From contig JAIPHA010000004.1 in the NCBI GenBank assembly GCA_021735445.1, positions 1,508 to 65,507 of the forward strand: DNA of 64,000 bases. Direction: 5' to 3'. The notes beneath the pieces are model-generated. The model saw only the letters and a program-made list of their open reading frames with translations, did no database searches and had not been told where the DNA came from. The position numbers and the translations under genes were made by a program. The first letter of the stretch is position 1. Each line of letters starts with the position of its first letter. This document shows positions 1 through 9,066 of this stretch, piece after piece. Source of the stretch: Candidatus Omnitrophota bacterium. Lineage in GTDB: Bacteria; Omnitrophota; Gorgyraeia; Duberdicusellales; 4484-171.

Positions 1-71
1 AAGCGAATTTTTTTTTCACTTACTCCTTTTTTGCTGCTTATGTATTGTATGAGTTTTTCTTTTATAGCCAT
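1..71 (-). CDS. partial ORF (first 23 codons, runs off the left edge); next gene downstream of the secretion ATPase
   Basis: ATG at 69-71 (complement), 30 nt after the ATPase stop; translates MAIKEKLIQYISSKKGVSEKKIR; too short to assign. Confidence 0.3.
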   Translation of the reverse strand, partial: MAIKEKLIQYISSKKGVSEKKIR

Positions 72-101
72 AATAAACTACGCCCTTCAAGACATGCTGT
101 T

Positions 102-1832
102 TTATCTTTTTTTGTTTACCCTTTTTTCTTTAATCAATAGCTGATCCGTGCTGGTTACCTTGATGACTTCTTCTAAAGAAGTTATTCCCGCTTTTACTTT
201 AACCATCCCGTCTTCTCTTAATGTCCTCATCCCTTGACTACGGGATTCTTTTTTTATCACAGCTTCCGAAGAAGATTTATCTATCAAGCCCCTAATCGAA
301 GGGGTAACCCGGAGATATTCTGTTAAAGAAAGCCTGCCCTTGTAACCTGTATGCTGACAATGGCGGCAGCCTTTAGGCCGGTATAAATTCTTGTTATTGC
401 TGATTTTGTACTTTTTTATAATTTTATCTGAAAAAGGTATTTTTTGCTTGCATTTAGGACAAAGTTTTCTGACCAACCTCTGAGATATAACTCCGATAAG
501 AGTAGATGAAGTTAAAAAAGGTTCAACCCCCATATTAATTAGCCGGGTTACAGAACCAGCGCTGGTTGTTGTATGAAGGGTGGAAAGAACCAGGTGGCCG
601 GTTAAAGCTGATTTGATAGCCATATCAGCGGTTTCGGAATCCCTGATTTCTCCAATCATTATTACGTCCGGATCCTGGCGTAAAATCGAACGCAAGCACT
701 TGGCAAAGCTAAGGCCGATAGCAGGATTAATGCTTACCTGATTTATCCCCTTAAGCTGGTATTCTACCGGATCCTCTACAGTTACTATATTTTTTTCGGG
801 GGTATAGATATGGTTAATAATCGAATAAAGAGATGTGGTTTTGCCTGAGCCGGTGGGCCCGCAAGCCAATATCAAACCATGCGGTTTTAGGCTGTCTTCT
901 TTCAGTTGTTTTAAGACATCGTCTTCTATGCCTAATGAGTCTAAATTTAGGAGAGCAGTGGTTTTATCTAAAATTCTTATTGCGCATTTTTCCCCAGAGC
1001 TGGAAGGAAGAATCGATATTCTGAAATCTACATCTCTTCCGGCAACTTTTCTTCTGAACCTTCCTTCCTGGGGGAGGCGATGCTCGGCGATATTTAAATT
1101 ACACATAACCTTTATTCTCGAAATTACAAACGGATGCATTTTTTTAGAAAACCGGTCCGACTCCTGCAAGACCCCGTCTATGCGCAGCCTAATTCTGCCT
1201 TTATCTTCCAACGGCTCAATCAACAAATCAGAAGCTTTTTCTAAAACAGCTTTGGTTAAAACAGAGTTGGTAAATTTAATTACCGGCGCCTCTGTTACAG
1301 ATTCAGTCATTTTTTTCTCAGAAACTTCTTTTTTCTTGTTCTTGATTATTTTTAATTCATCAACGGTTTGTTTTTTGATTATAGATTCTAAGGATTCATT
1401 AGGCTCGGGTGAATAATGAACAGAAACTGCTTCTTTTATTTCAGAAAAAGGCGCAACTACCCGATTGATTTGACAACCGGTAATTTTTTTAATATCTTCT
1501 AAGGCTAAAAGATCCAAGGGATTAACCATAGCAACAGTTAAAGCGCTGCCTATCTTGCTTACCGGGATAAGGCAATTACGCCGGGCAATTTCTTTTGGCA
1601 CAATATTTAATATTTGTTTCGGAATTTTAAGATTTTTTATCTGGACCCGGGGAATGGAAAGGTATTTGGAAAAAATATCGACTAGTTTTTGTTCTTTAAT
1701 ATAGCCGAGTTTTATAATTAGCTCTATTAAGGGTGCTTCTTTTTTTTTTCGTAAAGCTAAAAGATTGTCCAAATTATCTTTAGTTAAATAACCTCTTTCT
1801 ACTAAATAATCTGTTATCTTTAATTTTGCCAT
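102..1832 (-). CDS. GspE/PilB/MshE-family secretion ATPase
   Basis: 576-aa ORF; T2SSE_N-type N-domain, Walker A GPTGSGKTT, tetracysteine CPKC...CRHC motif. Confidence 0.9.
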   Translation of the reverse strand: MAKLKITDYLVERGYLTKDNLDNLLALRKKKEAPLIELIIKLGYIKEQKLVDIFSKYLSIPRVQIKNLKIPKQILNIVPKEIARRNCLIPVSKIGSALTVAMVNPLDLLALEDIKKITGCQINRVVAPFSEIKEAVSVHYSPEPNESLESIIKKQTVDELKIIKNKKKEVSEKKMTESVTEAPVIKFTNSVLTKAVLEKASDLLIEPLEDKGRIRLRIDGVLQESDRFSKKMHPFVISRIKVMCNLNIAEHRLPQEGRFRRKVAGRDVDFRISILPSSSGEKCAIRILDKTTALLNLDSLGIEDDVLKQLKEDSLKPHGLILACGPTGSGKTTSLYSIINHIYTPEKNIVTVEDPVEYQLKGINQVSINPAIGLSFAKCLRSILRQDPDVIMIGEIRDSETADMAIKSALTGHLVLSTLHTTTSAGSVTRLINMGVEPFLTSSTLIGVISQRLVRKLCPKCKQKIPFSDKIIKKYKISNNKNLYRPKGCRHCQHTGYKGRLSLTEYLRVTPSIRGLIDKSSSEAVIKKESRSQGMRTLREDGMVKVKAGITSLEEVIKVTSTDQLLIKEKRVNKKR

Positions 1833-1860
1833 AATTTTATCCTTGCGGCGGTGCTATATT

Positions 1861-2364
1861 TTATTTACTTTTTTCGCTCTCTTTTTCTGTTTTTTCAGGC
1901 TGAAAAAGTCTCTTTATTACCTGCCTAATATCAGAAGGGGTGGCGACAAAAACCTGGATATCGCATCCGGTTGCATCCTCTAAATCTTCTATAGCCTGAG
2001 CATTCAAGGGATTAGCCATTGCAATAGTTAAAGAATTTTCTACCTTATCGATAGGGATAAGGCAATAATGGCTGCATACCCGCTTGGAGATTAACTTTGC
2101 CACCTCCTTTGATACTTCATAATTTTCTAAAGGCAGATAAGGATACCCGAATTGCAAAGAGAGGCAATGAGCGATATCTTCTTCCTTAGCAAAACCTAAT
2201 TCTACGATAATTTCTCCGATTAATCCACCCTGTTGATATTGGAGCTCAAGGGCTTTCTGGAGCTGGCTATTAACAATAATTCCGCGTTCTACTAAAATTT
2301 GGCCGAGAGGTTTTTCTCGTTTTTTCTTAGGCTTCATTGGTTTATTTAAAACTAGACTGGACAA
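1861..2364 (-). CDS. stand-alone MshEN / T2SSE_N domain protein (putative c-di-GMP receptor)
   Basis: 167 aa; two tandem 24-residue MshEN-like motifs (PLGQILVERGIIVNSQLQKALELQ, LIGEIIVELGFAKEEDIAHCLSLQ) followed by a T2SSE_N-like fold (LIPIDKVENSLTIAMANP). Confidence 0.7.
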   Translation of the reverse strand: MSSLVLNKPMKPKKKREKPLGQILVERGIIVNSQLQKALELQYQQGGLIGEIIVELGFAKEEDIAHCLSLQFGYPYLPLENYEVSKEVAKLISKRVCSHYCLIPIDKVENSLTIAMANPLNAQAIEDLEDATGCDIQVFVATPSDIRQVIKRLFQPEKTEKESEKSK

Positions 2365-3649
2365 AAGAGAGGATTTCTTCAGAAGTTACGCCATCTATCG
2401 GACTTTCGGCAACACAAAAATCAAATTCTATCTTATCACTACAGCCCTTTTTTAAGTCTTCTTTTAGAATATTAGAAAACTCTTGAGACTCTCTTTTATT
2501 TTTTTCTATTAAGATAACTGCCAGAGCATCCGAAGAAATTCTGCCTCCGACATCGATAGGCCTTATATCTGCTTTTAAAATTTTTGCGGTTTTTTTAATT
2601 GCTTTTTCTGCGTCGATATTCCCAAACTCTTTTTGGAGTTTTGAATAATTATTTATTTTTACCGCTACAAACCCGCAGGGCCTCTGGTAGGTCACCCCTC
2701 TTCTTATTTCTTCATTTAACCTTGTTTTGATCATTTTTAAATTATAAAGCCCTGTTAAATCATCAAACATCTCAAGCTCTTCTACTTTAGAAGATACTCT
2801 TTCATACTCCCAAATCAAAGTAACGTTTTGAGAAAAAAGGTTTAATACATCTATATCATCCTTTTGAAAAGTAAAATCGGGAGTGTTTACTCCTATCCCC
2901 ACTAATCCAATCGTTACCCCCTTAGAGACGACAGGGAAAAGGATAAGGTTTTTTAATTCCAAATCTTCGGCCCAGTTGCGATAGACCGGTGCTCTATTTT
3001 GATTGTCTACAACCACCATTTTTTTGACATTTTCAATAGTACCTTGCCTTTGGGCAAGAGTTTGTTCGATTTTTTTATAATCGATACCCAAGGCTGAAAT
3101 CACCCTTAAATTATCCGAATAGTGTGAATGCAAAACACAAAAAGCAACCCGCATAGTCAATAAGTTTTTAAGATGATAAGTAAGAAACTGCACCACTTCT
3201 TCTGCCGGAGTATCTTTAGAATAAAGATCATTTGCTTGTAAGATCGTAGAAAGGATAAGAACTTTTTTCGATACTTCCCGGTTTAACTGCTCTGTTTTAT
3301 GGCCGAACTCCCTAAGGTCTTCAAAACCGGTTTTGACTTTACTGGATAACAGGTTGATAATTTGCTCTAAGCCTTGGACTTCGTCGGGGATAGACGGAGC
3401 ATCTTCGCCGATAGTCTTTAAAGTTTTTTTTGATTGGTTATGGATTTTATGGATAGATTTTGAAATTTCTATGATAATCCACCAGCCTAATATTATCAAA
3501 AATATCAAAATCGCAGTGGCAGCTACAGAAACATAGTAACCGAAAAAGTAATGAAGAAGGACAACTGCAGGGATTAACGAAACCAGTGCTGCAGCAATCC
3601 AGATTCTGCGGCTTAAACTTAGATGTGTTATAGAAAAATTAACTTGCAT
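2342..3649 (-). CDS. membrane protein with sensor-like middle region and a degenerate GGDEF domain
   Basis: 435 aa; 2 N-terminal TM helices; DDLTGLYN start of GGDEF fold; SSDAL in place of GGDEF; RPID (RxxD) five residues upstream. Confidence 0.7.
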   Translation of the reverse strand: MQVNFSITHLSLSRRIWIAAALVSLIPAVVLLHYFFGYYVSVAATAILIFLIILGWWIIIEISKSIHKIHNQSKKTLKTIGEDAPSIPDEVQGLEQIINLLSSKVKTGFEDLREFGHKTEQLNREVSKKVLILSTILQANDLYSKDTPAEEVVQFLTYHLKNLLTMRVAFCVLHSHYSDNLRVISALGIDYKKIEQTLAQRQGTIENVKKMVVVDNQNRAPVYRNWAEDLELKNLILFPVVSKGVTIGLVGIGVNTPDFTFQKDDIDVLNLFSQNVTLIWEYERVSSKVEELEMFDDLTGLYNLKMIKTRLNEEIRRGVTYQRPCGFVAVKINNYSKLQKEFGNIDAEKAIKKTAKILKADIRPIDVGGRISSDALAVILIEKNKRESQEFSNILKEDLKKGCSDKIEFDFCVAESPIDGVTSEEILSFVQSSFK

Positions 3650-3720
3650 ATCTGTAATTGATTATACCTATTTTATATAAGATTACCATTATTAAAAGAG
3701 CGTGTCAATATCAACCCTGT

Positions 3721-4623
3721 TTAATATATCCGCTGCCAAGCAACAATTTCTTTAGATGAATAACCCACATTGCTTAAGGCTTCACTTATAGCGCTCGGGT
3801 CGTAAGTAACGGCAACGTTGCCTTTTAACTCTGTGTCTATATTGGTTTCGCTCCCGGATAAAACAGCTCCGTTTATATCAACGGTACCGGTTATGGTAAG
3901 CCCTCCAATAACATAAATGATTCCATCAAAGTTTTCTGTTCCGGAAATATGGCAATCTCCATTTACAATCAGAATCCCCTCTCCTTGTAAATTGCCGGCT
4001 GTTTTTAACTGTTGATCCGATGAAACCTCTACCCAGGTTATCCCGTCAACCGGTTCTGCGAAATTGTCTTCAGTATAAAGATGGTCGGCATTGTTTTTTA
4101 TTTCGTCCTTGGTCGCGGTGAAAAGTCCTGAAAAATTTAATGCCGCATTTGGATTTTGAGTGCCGTTAATTTCGACACTTCCCTTTTCTATGATATCACC
4201 GTTGCTTTCGATAGCATGTTGAAAATTAGAAGCATCCGGATATTCGGTTTGCGCGGTCGCCGAAAGTTCGGTTGATAAACTTGCGCCGCCTGGTAAGATA
4301 ACTTCACCGGTAGCATCTATTTTATAATAGTTATGTTGGGGATCGGAATTCGGAATTAAACTAACCGTCGCCTGGTAAGAGCAGGCTGCTCCGGGAAGAC
4401 AACCTTCAGCTTGAGTTACAACCGTTGAGGAAACCGAATCAGGAAGATTAATAAACCCTTGCGAAAGAGCAGCTTCGGCTAACCAAAAAGATTTAACAGT
4501 GTTTACGTGCCTTTTAACAAGCTGCCTTTCGTTGATAACTTTAATAAAAAGCGAAGCGATAATAATCGATAAAACCGCAACAGCCCATAAAGCAACCGCT
4601 AAAGCAATCCCTTTTTTATTCAT
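3721..4623 (-). CDS. PilX/GspK-like minor pilin-associated protein
   Basis: 300 aa; N-terminal KKGIALAVALWAVAVLSIIIA hydrophobic segment; 8-nt ATGAATAA overlap with the upstream pseudopilin gene. Confidence 0.5.
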   Translation of the reverse strand: MNKKGIALAVALWAVAVLSIIIASLFIKVINERQLVKRHVNTVKSFWLAEAALSQGFINLPDSVSSTVVTQAEGCLPGAACSYQATVSLIPNSDPQHNYYKIDATGEVILPGGASLSTELSATAQTEYPDASNFQHAIESNGDIIEKGSVEINGTQNPNAALNFSGLFTATKDEIKNNADHLYTEDNFAEPVDGITWVEVSSDQQLKTAGNLQGEGILIVNGDCHISGTENFDGIIYVIGGLTITGTVDINGAVLSGSETNIDTELKGNVAVTYDPSAISEALSNVGYSSKEIVAWQRIY

Positions 4624-5191
4624 TTCTTACCTTCACCCTCTGGGTTAAAGAAGCGCCAATAACGCTTCCGCTGTTATTCTGCTCTTCTATCCGAACATTA
4701 ACTATAATAAGTTTTTGGTTGTTTAGATCGTCTTTATTAAGGCAAGTAATATTTTCTTGGGAATCCAAAGTATAAAAAACATTTTCGCCTACATTTCCAT
4801 ACTCAACAGTTGACAACACAGCTCCATCCGGGTCCACCTGAGAATAAAAAAGTTTGCCGGATTCCTGGTCATAAAAATATTCGCTATAATTGGCAGTTAA
4901 ATCATATGAATGTGACCCTTCGGATATATCAACCCCCTTAACCTTACGAAATTTAGCATGAAAGCAAGAAGGGTCATTGTTGGCTATATCGGCAAGATAC
5001 GCCCCTCTTAGGTCATTTGCTATTTTACTTATAACTATTCTGGATTTAGAGGTTATATCGGCCCGGCCTAAATTAAGAGGTGAAGACGACTCTCCAATGT
5101 TGAGGGTTAAAAAAATACCGCTTAAGGCGATGATTAATACCGCAAACGAAACTATAATTTCAATTAAAGTAAATGATTTTTTTCTATTCAT
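4616..5191 (-). CDS. pseudopilin (prepilin-type N-terminal methylation domain)
   Basis: MNRKKSFTLIEIIVSFAVL; start moved to the internal ATG at 5189-5191, which overlaps the upstream stop (ATGAATAG). Confidence 0.75.
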   Translation of the reverse strand: MNRKKSFTLIEIIVSFAVLIIALSGIFLTLNIGESSSPLNLGRADITSKSRIVISKIANDLRGAYLADIANNDPSCFHAKFRKVKGVDISEGSHSYDLTANYSEYFYDQESGKLFYSQVDPDGAVLSTVEYGNVGENVFYTLDSQENITCLNKDDLNNQKLIIVNVRIEEQNNSGSVIGASLTQRVKVRNE

Positions 5192-5549
5192 TTTTATGAA
5201 AAACCGTAAAAAGCGTAAAGCTGTTTTCCCGGCCTCTTTCATCCCAAGCCACGTCTACCAAAACTTCTTTTTTATTTGCCCCCGCTGTAACGTTAATCAT
5301 TATAGTTTCATTTTTTAAGTTATTAAACCCGGGATGGGCCTGAGTTGCTATTTGGTCGTAGGAGCCGGAAGCCAGTTCTTCTAAAACATGTTGAGCATTA
5401 TTTGCCGCTTTAGTTAAGTTACGATTTGATAAGCTTAAAAAAACACACGAGCTATAGGCGGTAAGCAGGCTGGTAGCTAAAAGGGCTAATATGGCAATAG
5501 CTACCATTAGTTCTATTAAGGTAAATGATTTGGCTGTTTTGAACTCCAT
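5184..5549 (-). CDS. pseudopilin (prepilin-type N-terminal methylation domain)
   Basis: MEFKTAKSFTLIELMVAIAILALLA; 121 aa. Confidence 0.8.
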   Translation of the reverse strand: MEFKTAKSFTLIELMVAIAILALLATSLLTAYSSCVFLSLSNRNLTKAANNAQHVLEELASGSYDQIATQAHPGFNNLKNETIMINVTAGANKKEVLVDVAWDERGRENSFTLFTVFHKNE

Positions 5550-5645
5550 AAAAAAACCCCTTCACCTAAAATATACCACCTTTGAAGGCAAGTTGCAATC
5601 ATCCTATTTCCCTTCAAAGGAAAGCCCTCAAAAGAGGACGTTACC

Positions 5646-6167
5646 CTAAGAATTTTTTACTATTTTGATTATCTTTTCGACAAAACCTTCCTCGGCATCA
5701 AGAAGGTTTTGGTGATGCTGAAGAAGCATTCGTTGGTGAATTGGGAATTTTTTTGGTAGTTTGAGATTATCAGCAAGCCACTCTTTTACCTTTTCAAGAA
5801 ACCTTTTCCTCAACCTGAGGCGGGATAAAACTTCTTTTTTATCCAGATAGGGTAAAAAATATAGAGGGATATCTATATCTATAAAAGGGCGCTTTTGGGA
5901 CATAAGAGTTTTTAAGGCAAGCCTTGAAAATTCTTTTTTCCCTTTCTGGGTTATCGAATAAACATAGCGAACCGGGCCTTCCTGGCTTTGAGTTTTTTCC
6001 TTAGTTATCAACCCCTTCTCTTCCATTATTTTAAGGGGATAATAAAATGACTTATTTTCCAGAGAGCTAAATATCCCTAACTTTTCTTTAGCAATTTTTT
6101 TTATTTCGTAACCATGGCGGGAGGATTCTTTAAGCAATCCTAAAATTATTATTTCTTGGATTTGCAT
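5646..6167 (-). CDS. PadR-family transcriptional regulator
   Basis: 173 aa; winged-helix pattern GLLKESSRHGYEIKK...YYPLKIMEEKGLI. Confidence 0.7.
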   Translation of the reverse strand: MQIQEIIILGLLKESSRHGYEIKKIAKEKLGIFSSLENKSFYYPLKIMEEKGLITKEKTQSQEGPVRYVYSITQKGKKEFSRLALKTLMSQKRPFIDIDIPLYFLPYLDKKEVLSRLRLRKRFLEKVKEWLADNLKLPKKFPIHQRMLLQHHQNLLDAEEGFVEKIIKIVKNS

Positions 6168-6172
6168 AAATT

Positions 6173-7156
6173 TTATTCTACGAATTTACCGATTTTTCTA
6201 AAGCGCTGATACCTCTCCTCGATCAACTGATCTGGATTTAGCTCGTCAAGTTGGGAAAGATTTTCTAATAGGAATTTTTTAAGATTAGCTGCCGATTTAT
6301 CTGGATTCCAATGGGCGCCTCCTTCTGCTTCGGGAATAATTTGATCCACAATGCCTAAATCCAAAAGCTCCGGCGCAGTCAACTTTAAAACCCTGGCTGC
6401 TTCTTCTCTTTTTGCCGCATCCTTCCAAAGAATAGCCGCGCACCCTTCCGGCGATATCACAGAATAGTAGCCGTATTGAGTAATAAGCACCTTATCGCCA
6501 ACCCCTATCCCTAAAGCCCCGCCGCTTCCACCTTCTCCGATCACTGTAACTATAATCGGAATTTTTAAGCTAAACATATCCCTAATATTTTCGGCGATAG
6601 CTTGAGCCTGGCCTCTTTCTTCGGCTCCAATCCCGGGATATGCCCCCGGAGTATCGATAAAACACACCAAGGGAAGCCCGAAACGCTGAGCTAATCTCAT
6701 AATCCGCATCGCTTTTCGGTAACCTTCAGGATGAGCGCAACCAAAGTTACGTTTTATATTCTCGGATGTATCCCTGCCTTTTTGATGCCCTACAAAGGCA
6801 ATTTTTTTTCCTTCTATGGTTGCAAGCCCACAAATTAAAGCTTGATCGTCTTTAAAAAATCTATCTCCTGAGAGAATAATGTAATTATCGGTTATATTTT
6901 GGAGATAATCTAAAGTGGTCGGGCGCCTGGGATGACGAGAAATTTGTACTTTTTGCCAGGGAGTAAGCTTAGAATAAATATCTTTTTTTAAACTTTTTAG
7001 TTTCTTTTCTAAATTATTGATTTCCGAAGACATTTCTACTTTTTTATCCGTAGAAAAACTTCTTAATTCTTCTATTTTTTCGGTAAGCTCGATTATAGGC
7101 TTTTCAAAATCCCAACCTTGCATCACACTCTCCTGGTTAGCTTTGCTTATGATCAA
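6173..7156 (-). CDS. accA: acetyl-CoA carboxylase carboxyltransferase alpha subunit
   Basis: 327 aa; FIDTPGAYPGIGAEERGQAQAIA motif. Confidence 0.92.
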   Translation of the reverse strand: MIISKANQESVMQGWDFEKPIIELTEKIEELRSFSTDKKVEMSSEINNLEKKLKSLKKDIYSKLTPWQKVQISRHPRRPTTLDYLQNITDNYIILSGDRFFKDDQALICGLATIEGKKIAFVGHQKGRDTSENIKRNFGCAHPEGYRKAMRIMRLAQRFGLPLVCFIDTPGAYPGIGAEERGQAQAIAENIRDMFSLKIPIIVTVIGEGGSGGALGIGVGDKVLITQYGYYSVISPEGCAAILWKDAAKREEAARVLKLTAPELLDLGIVDQIIPEAEGGAHWNPDKSAANLKKFLLENLSQLDELNPDQLIEERYQRFRKIGKFVE

Positions 7157-7161
7157 CGAAT

Positions 7162-7989
7162 TTATTCTACTATAGTCACTTCTGCCCCTACCGGAATAAT
7201 AGTATAAAGCTCTTCTACTTCTTGGTTGGCCATGCGGACGCAGCCCAGAGTTACCTGCTGGCCGAGGCTCTCCGGCTCGGTAGTACCATGAATACCGTAG
7301 CCTGCTTTATCTATACCCAACCAACGCGACCCTAAAATATTCTCCGGATTATCAGGCAAAACCACTGCCCCTGCTTTATACCAAGTTGGCTTAACTAATT
7401 TATTTATTATTTTAAAATCACCTTCCGGAGTCCTCCCGTTTTTTCCGGTAGCAACAGTATAAGTTTTAAACACTTCCCCGTCTCTTTTTAAAAAAAGCAA
7501 ATTTTGGGACTTATCTACCACTAGCGAAAATTCACACACATTGACTTTTAATTCCTGGCCGGGAATAATTTTTGTCGAAGACAAGTTGTTCGCTTTTTTA
7601 ATTAAATCTACGGTGGTATTAAATTTTCTCGCGATTTTTGCCAAAGCATCCCCGCGTTTTACTGTATAAATTTTACTGCATTTATCTTCGTTATCAGGAG
7701 AAAACAGCATTTTTAGATTAATCTCATATATTTTATCCTGAATCCGGCTAATCATTGCAGGGTTAGTTGTTTCTTGCTTTTGATCATCAAGGAGCTTTTT
7801 CCCTTCTTTATACCTGCCCTGTTCTACTAATGCGTTTACCGGAGCAAAAGAAAAAGAATCTTCTTTTTTAACTTCTTCTTTAATTTCTTTTTGTGTAGCG
7901 CCATTTTTTTCTCCGGAGCTAAAAATTAATCCTGCGATTAGCCCTAACAAGACTACTCCAGCTATAATAAAAATATTTTTTTTATTCAA
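7162..7989 (-). CDS. LysM domain / L,D-transpeptidase (YkuD) protein
   Basis: Signal/TM N-terminus; LysM YTVKRGDALAKIARKF; YkuD catalytic HGT...LGCVRM. Confidence 0.85.
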   Translation of the reverse strand: MNKKNIFIIAGVVLLGLIAGLIFSSGEKNGATQKEIKEEVKKEDSFSFAPVNALVEQGRYKEGKKLLDDQKQETTNPAMISRIQDKIYEINLKMLFSPDNEDKCSKIYTVKRGDALAKIARKFNTTVDLIKKANNLSSTKIIPGQELKVNVCEFSLVVDKSQNLLFLKRDGEVFKTYTVATGKNGRTPEGDFKIINKLVKPTWYKAGAVVLPDNPENILGSRWLGIDKAGYGIHGTTEPESLGQQVTLGCVRMANQEVEELYTIIPVGAEVTIVE

Positions 7990-8001
7990 ATCTTACCCCC
8001 G

Positions 8002-8451
8002 TCATAGATAAAAAACTATTGCCATAATAACTCCGATCAAACCCCCGGCAAAAATTTCGACAGGGGTATGGCCTACCAATTCTTTCATTCTCTTTTCTTT
8101 CAACTTTTTCCCTTCCTGAAAATCCTCCATAATTTTATTTAATATTCTGGCCTGCACGCCGATTGAACGGCGCCAAGTTTGAGCGTCAAACATTGTAATC
8201 AGGGCAAAAATAGCCGAGAGAGCAAAAAAGGGTGACTGGAAACCTACCTCTTGCCCTAAGGCTACGGCTAAAGCGACAACCGCAGCGCTATGAGCAGAAG
8301 GCAACCCGCCAGTCCTTAAAATCCAATAGAAATTAAATTTTTTGCCCTGGGATAATCCAATGACAATTTTGATTCCCTGGGCGATAGCCCAACTTAATAA
8401 GGTTATCCACAAAACTTTATTAGCAAAAATTTGATTCCAAAAATTTTCCAT
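8002..8451 (-). CDS. divergent PAP2 / DUF212 family membrane protein
   Basis: 149 aa; GGLPSAHSAAV and GHTPVEIFAGG motifs. Confidence 0.7.
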   Translation of the reverse strand: MENFWNQIFANKVLWITLLSWAIAQGIKIVIGLSQGKKFNFYWILRTGGLPSAHSAAVVALAVALGQEVGFQSPFFALSAIFALITMFDAQTWRRSIGVQARILNKIMEDFQEGKKLKEKRMKELVGHTPVEIFAGGLIGVIMAIVFYL

Positions 8452-8901
8452 CTAAAATAAGTTATTTATCTCTTTTTGCCTTTCCCGCAATATTTTTATT
8501 TTTTTAGCCAGATTTAATTCTTTTTTCAGCAAATTAATTTCCCGCTTTAAAGCGTTAATTCCTCTTTTTAACTTCCCCGCCCTTTCTTTTGCTTCCACCA
8601 GAACCCGGGTTTCTTCCTGAGACCGGCCAAATCCAAAAAAACCGGTCCTGGCAGCTTCTTTAAGGCTTATTTTCGCTTTTCTGTATTCCTTTTTCCTTAT
8701 TATTAATTCTTGCCTTTTTTCTTCTAAAAGGTTTTCTATTTGTTTTGGGGCCTTTAATTGCGTGAGGCCTGGAGATGCTTGCGGATTATCTGCCTCCGTA
8801 GCTCCCTCTGAACCGGGCAGAGCAGTTTCAGCTAAAAGGCCAGCGGGCATAATTAGAATAGCCGATAAAAATAAAAACGTTATTAAAGATATTTGTCTCA
8901 T
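8452..8901 (-). CDS. hypothetical secreted coiled-coil protein
   Basis: Signal peptide-like N-terminus, Lys/Glu-rich heptad C-terminus; adjacent to the stop of the upstream gene. Confidence 0.5.
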   Translation of the reverse strand: MRQISLITFLFLSAILIMPAGLLAETALPGSEGATEADNPQASPGLTQLKAPKQIENLLEEKRQELIIRKKEYRKAKISLKEAARTGFFGFGRSQEETRVLVEAKERAGKLKRGINALKREINLLKKELNLAKKIKILRERQKEINNLF

Positions 8902-8971
8902 GATTTTAATTAAAAACTGGCTGTTATTATACTATAAATATGATTAAAACAAAGTGGTTTAAACAAAGGTA

Positions 8972-9045
8972 TGGCGGCGACAGGATTTGAACCTGTGACA
9001 TAACGGGTATGAGCCGTTTGCTCTGCCAGACTGAGCTACGCCGCC
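8972..9045 (-). tRNA. tRNA-Met(CAT), elongator-type (Ile2/lysidine not excluded)
   Basis: Cloverleaf GGCGGCG/CGCCGCC acceptor, anticodon loop CTCATAC, T-loop TTCAAAT. Confidence 0.85.
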
Positions 9046-9066
9046 GGAATTACCTGATTCTTAACT

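Noticed and set aside
835-1416. 193-aa plus-strand ORF (and 833-1024) inside the secretion ATPase gene
   Set aside because: It is fully antisense to a well-supported, motif-rich CDS. The composition is low-complexity Ser/Leu/Phe, typical of shadow ORFs in AT-rich DNA.
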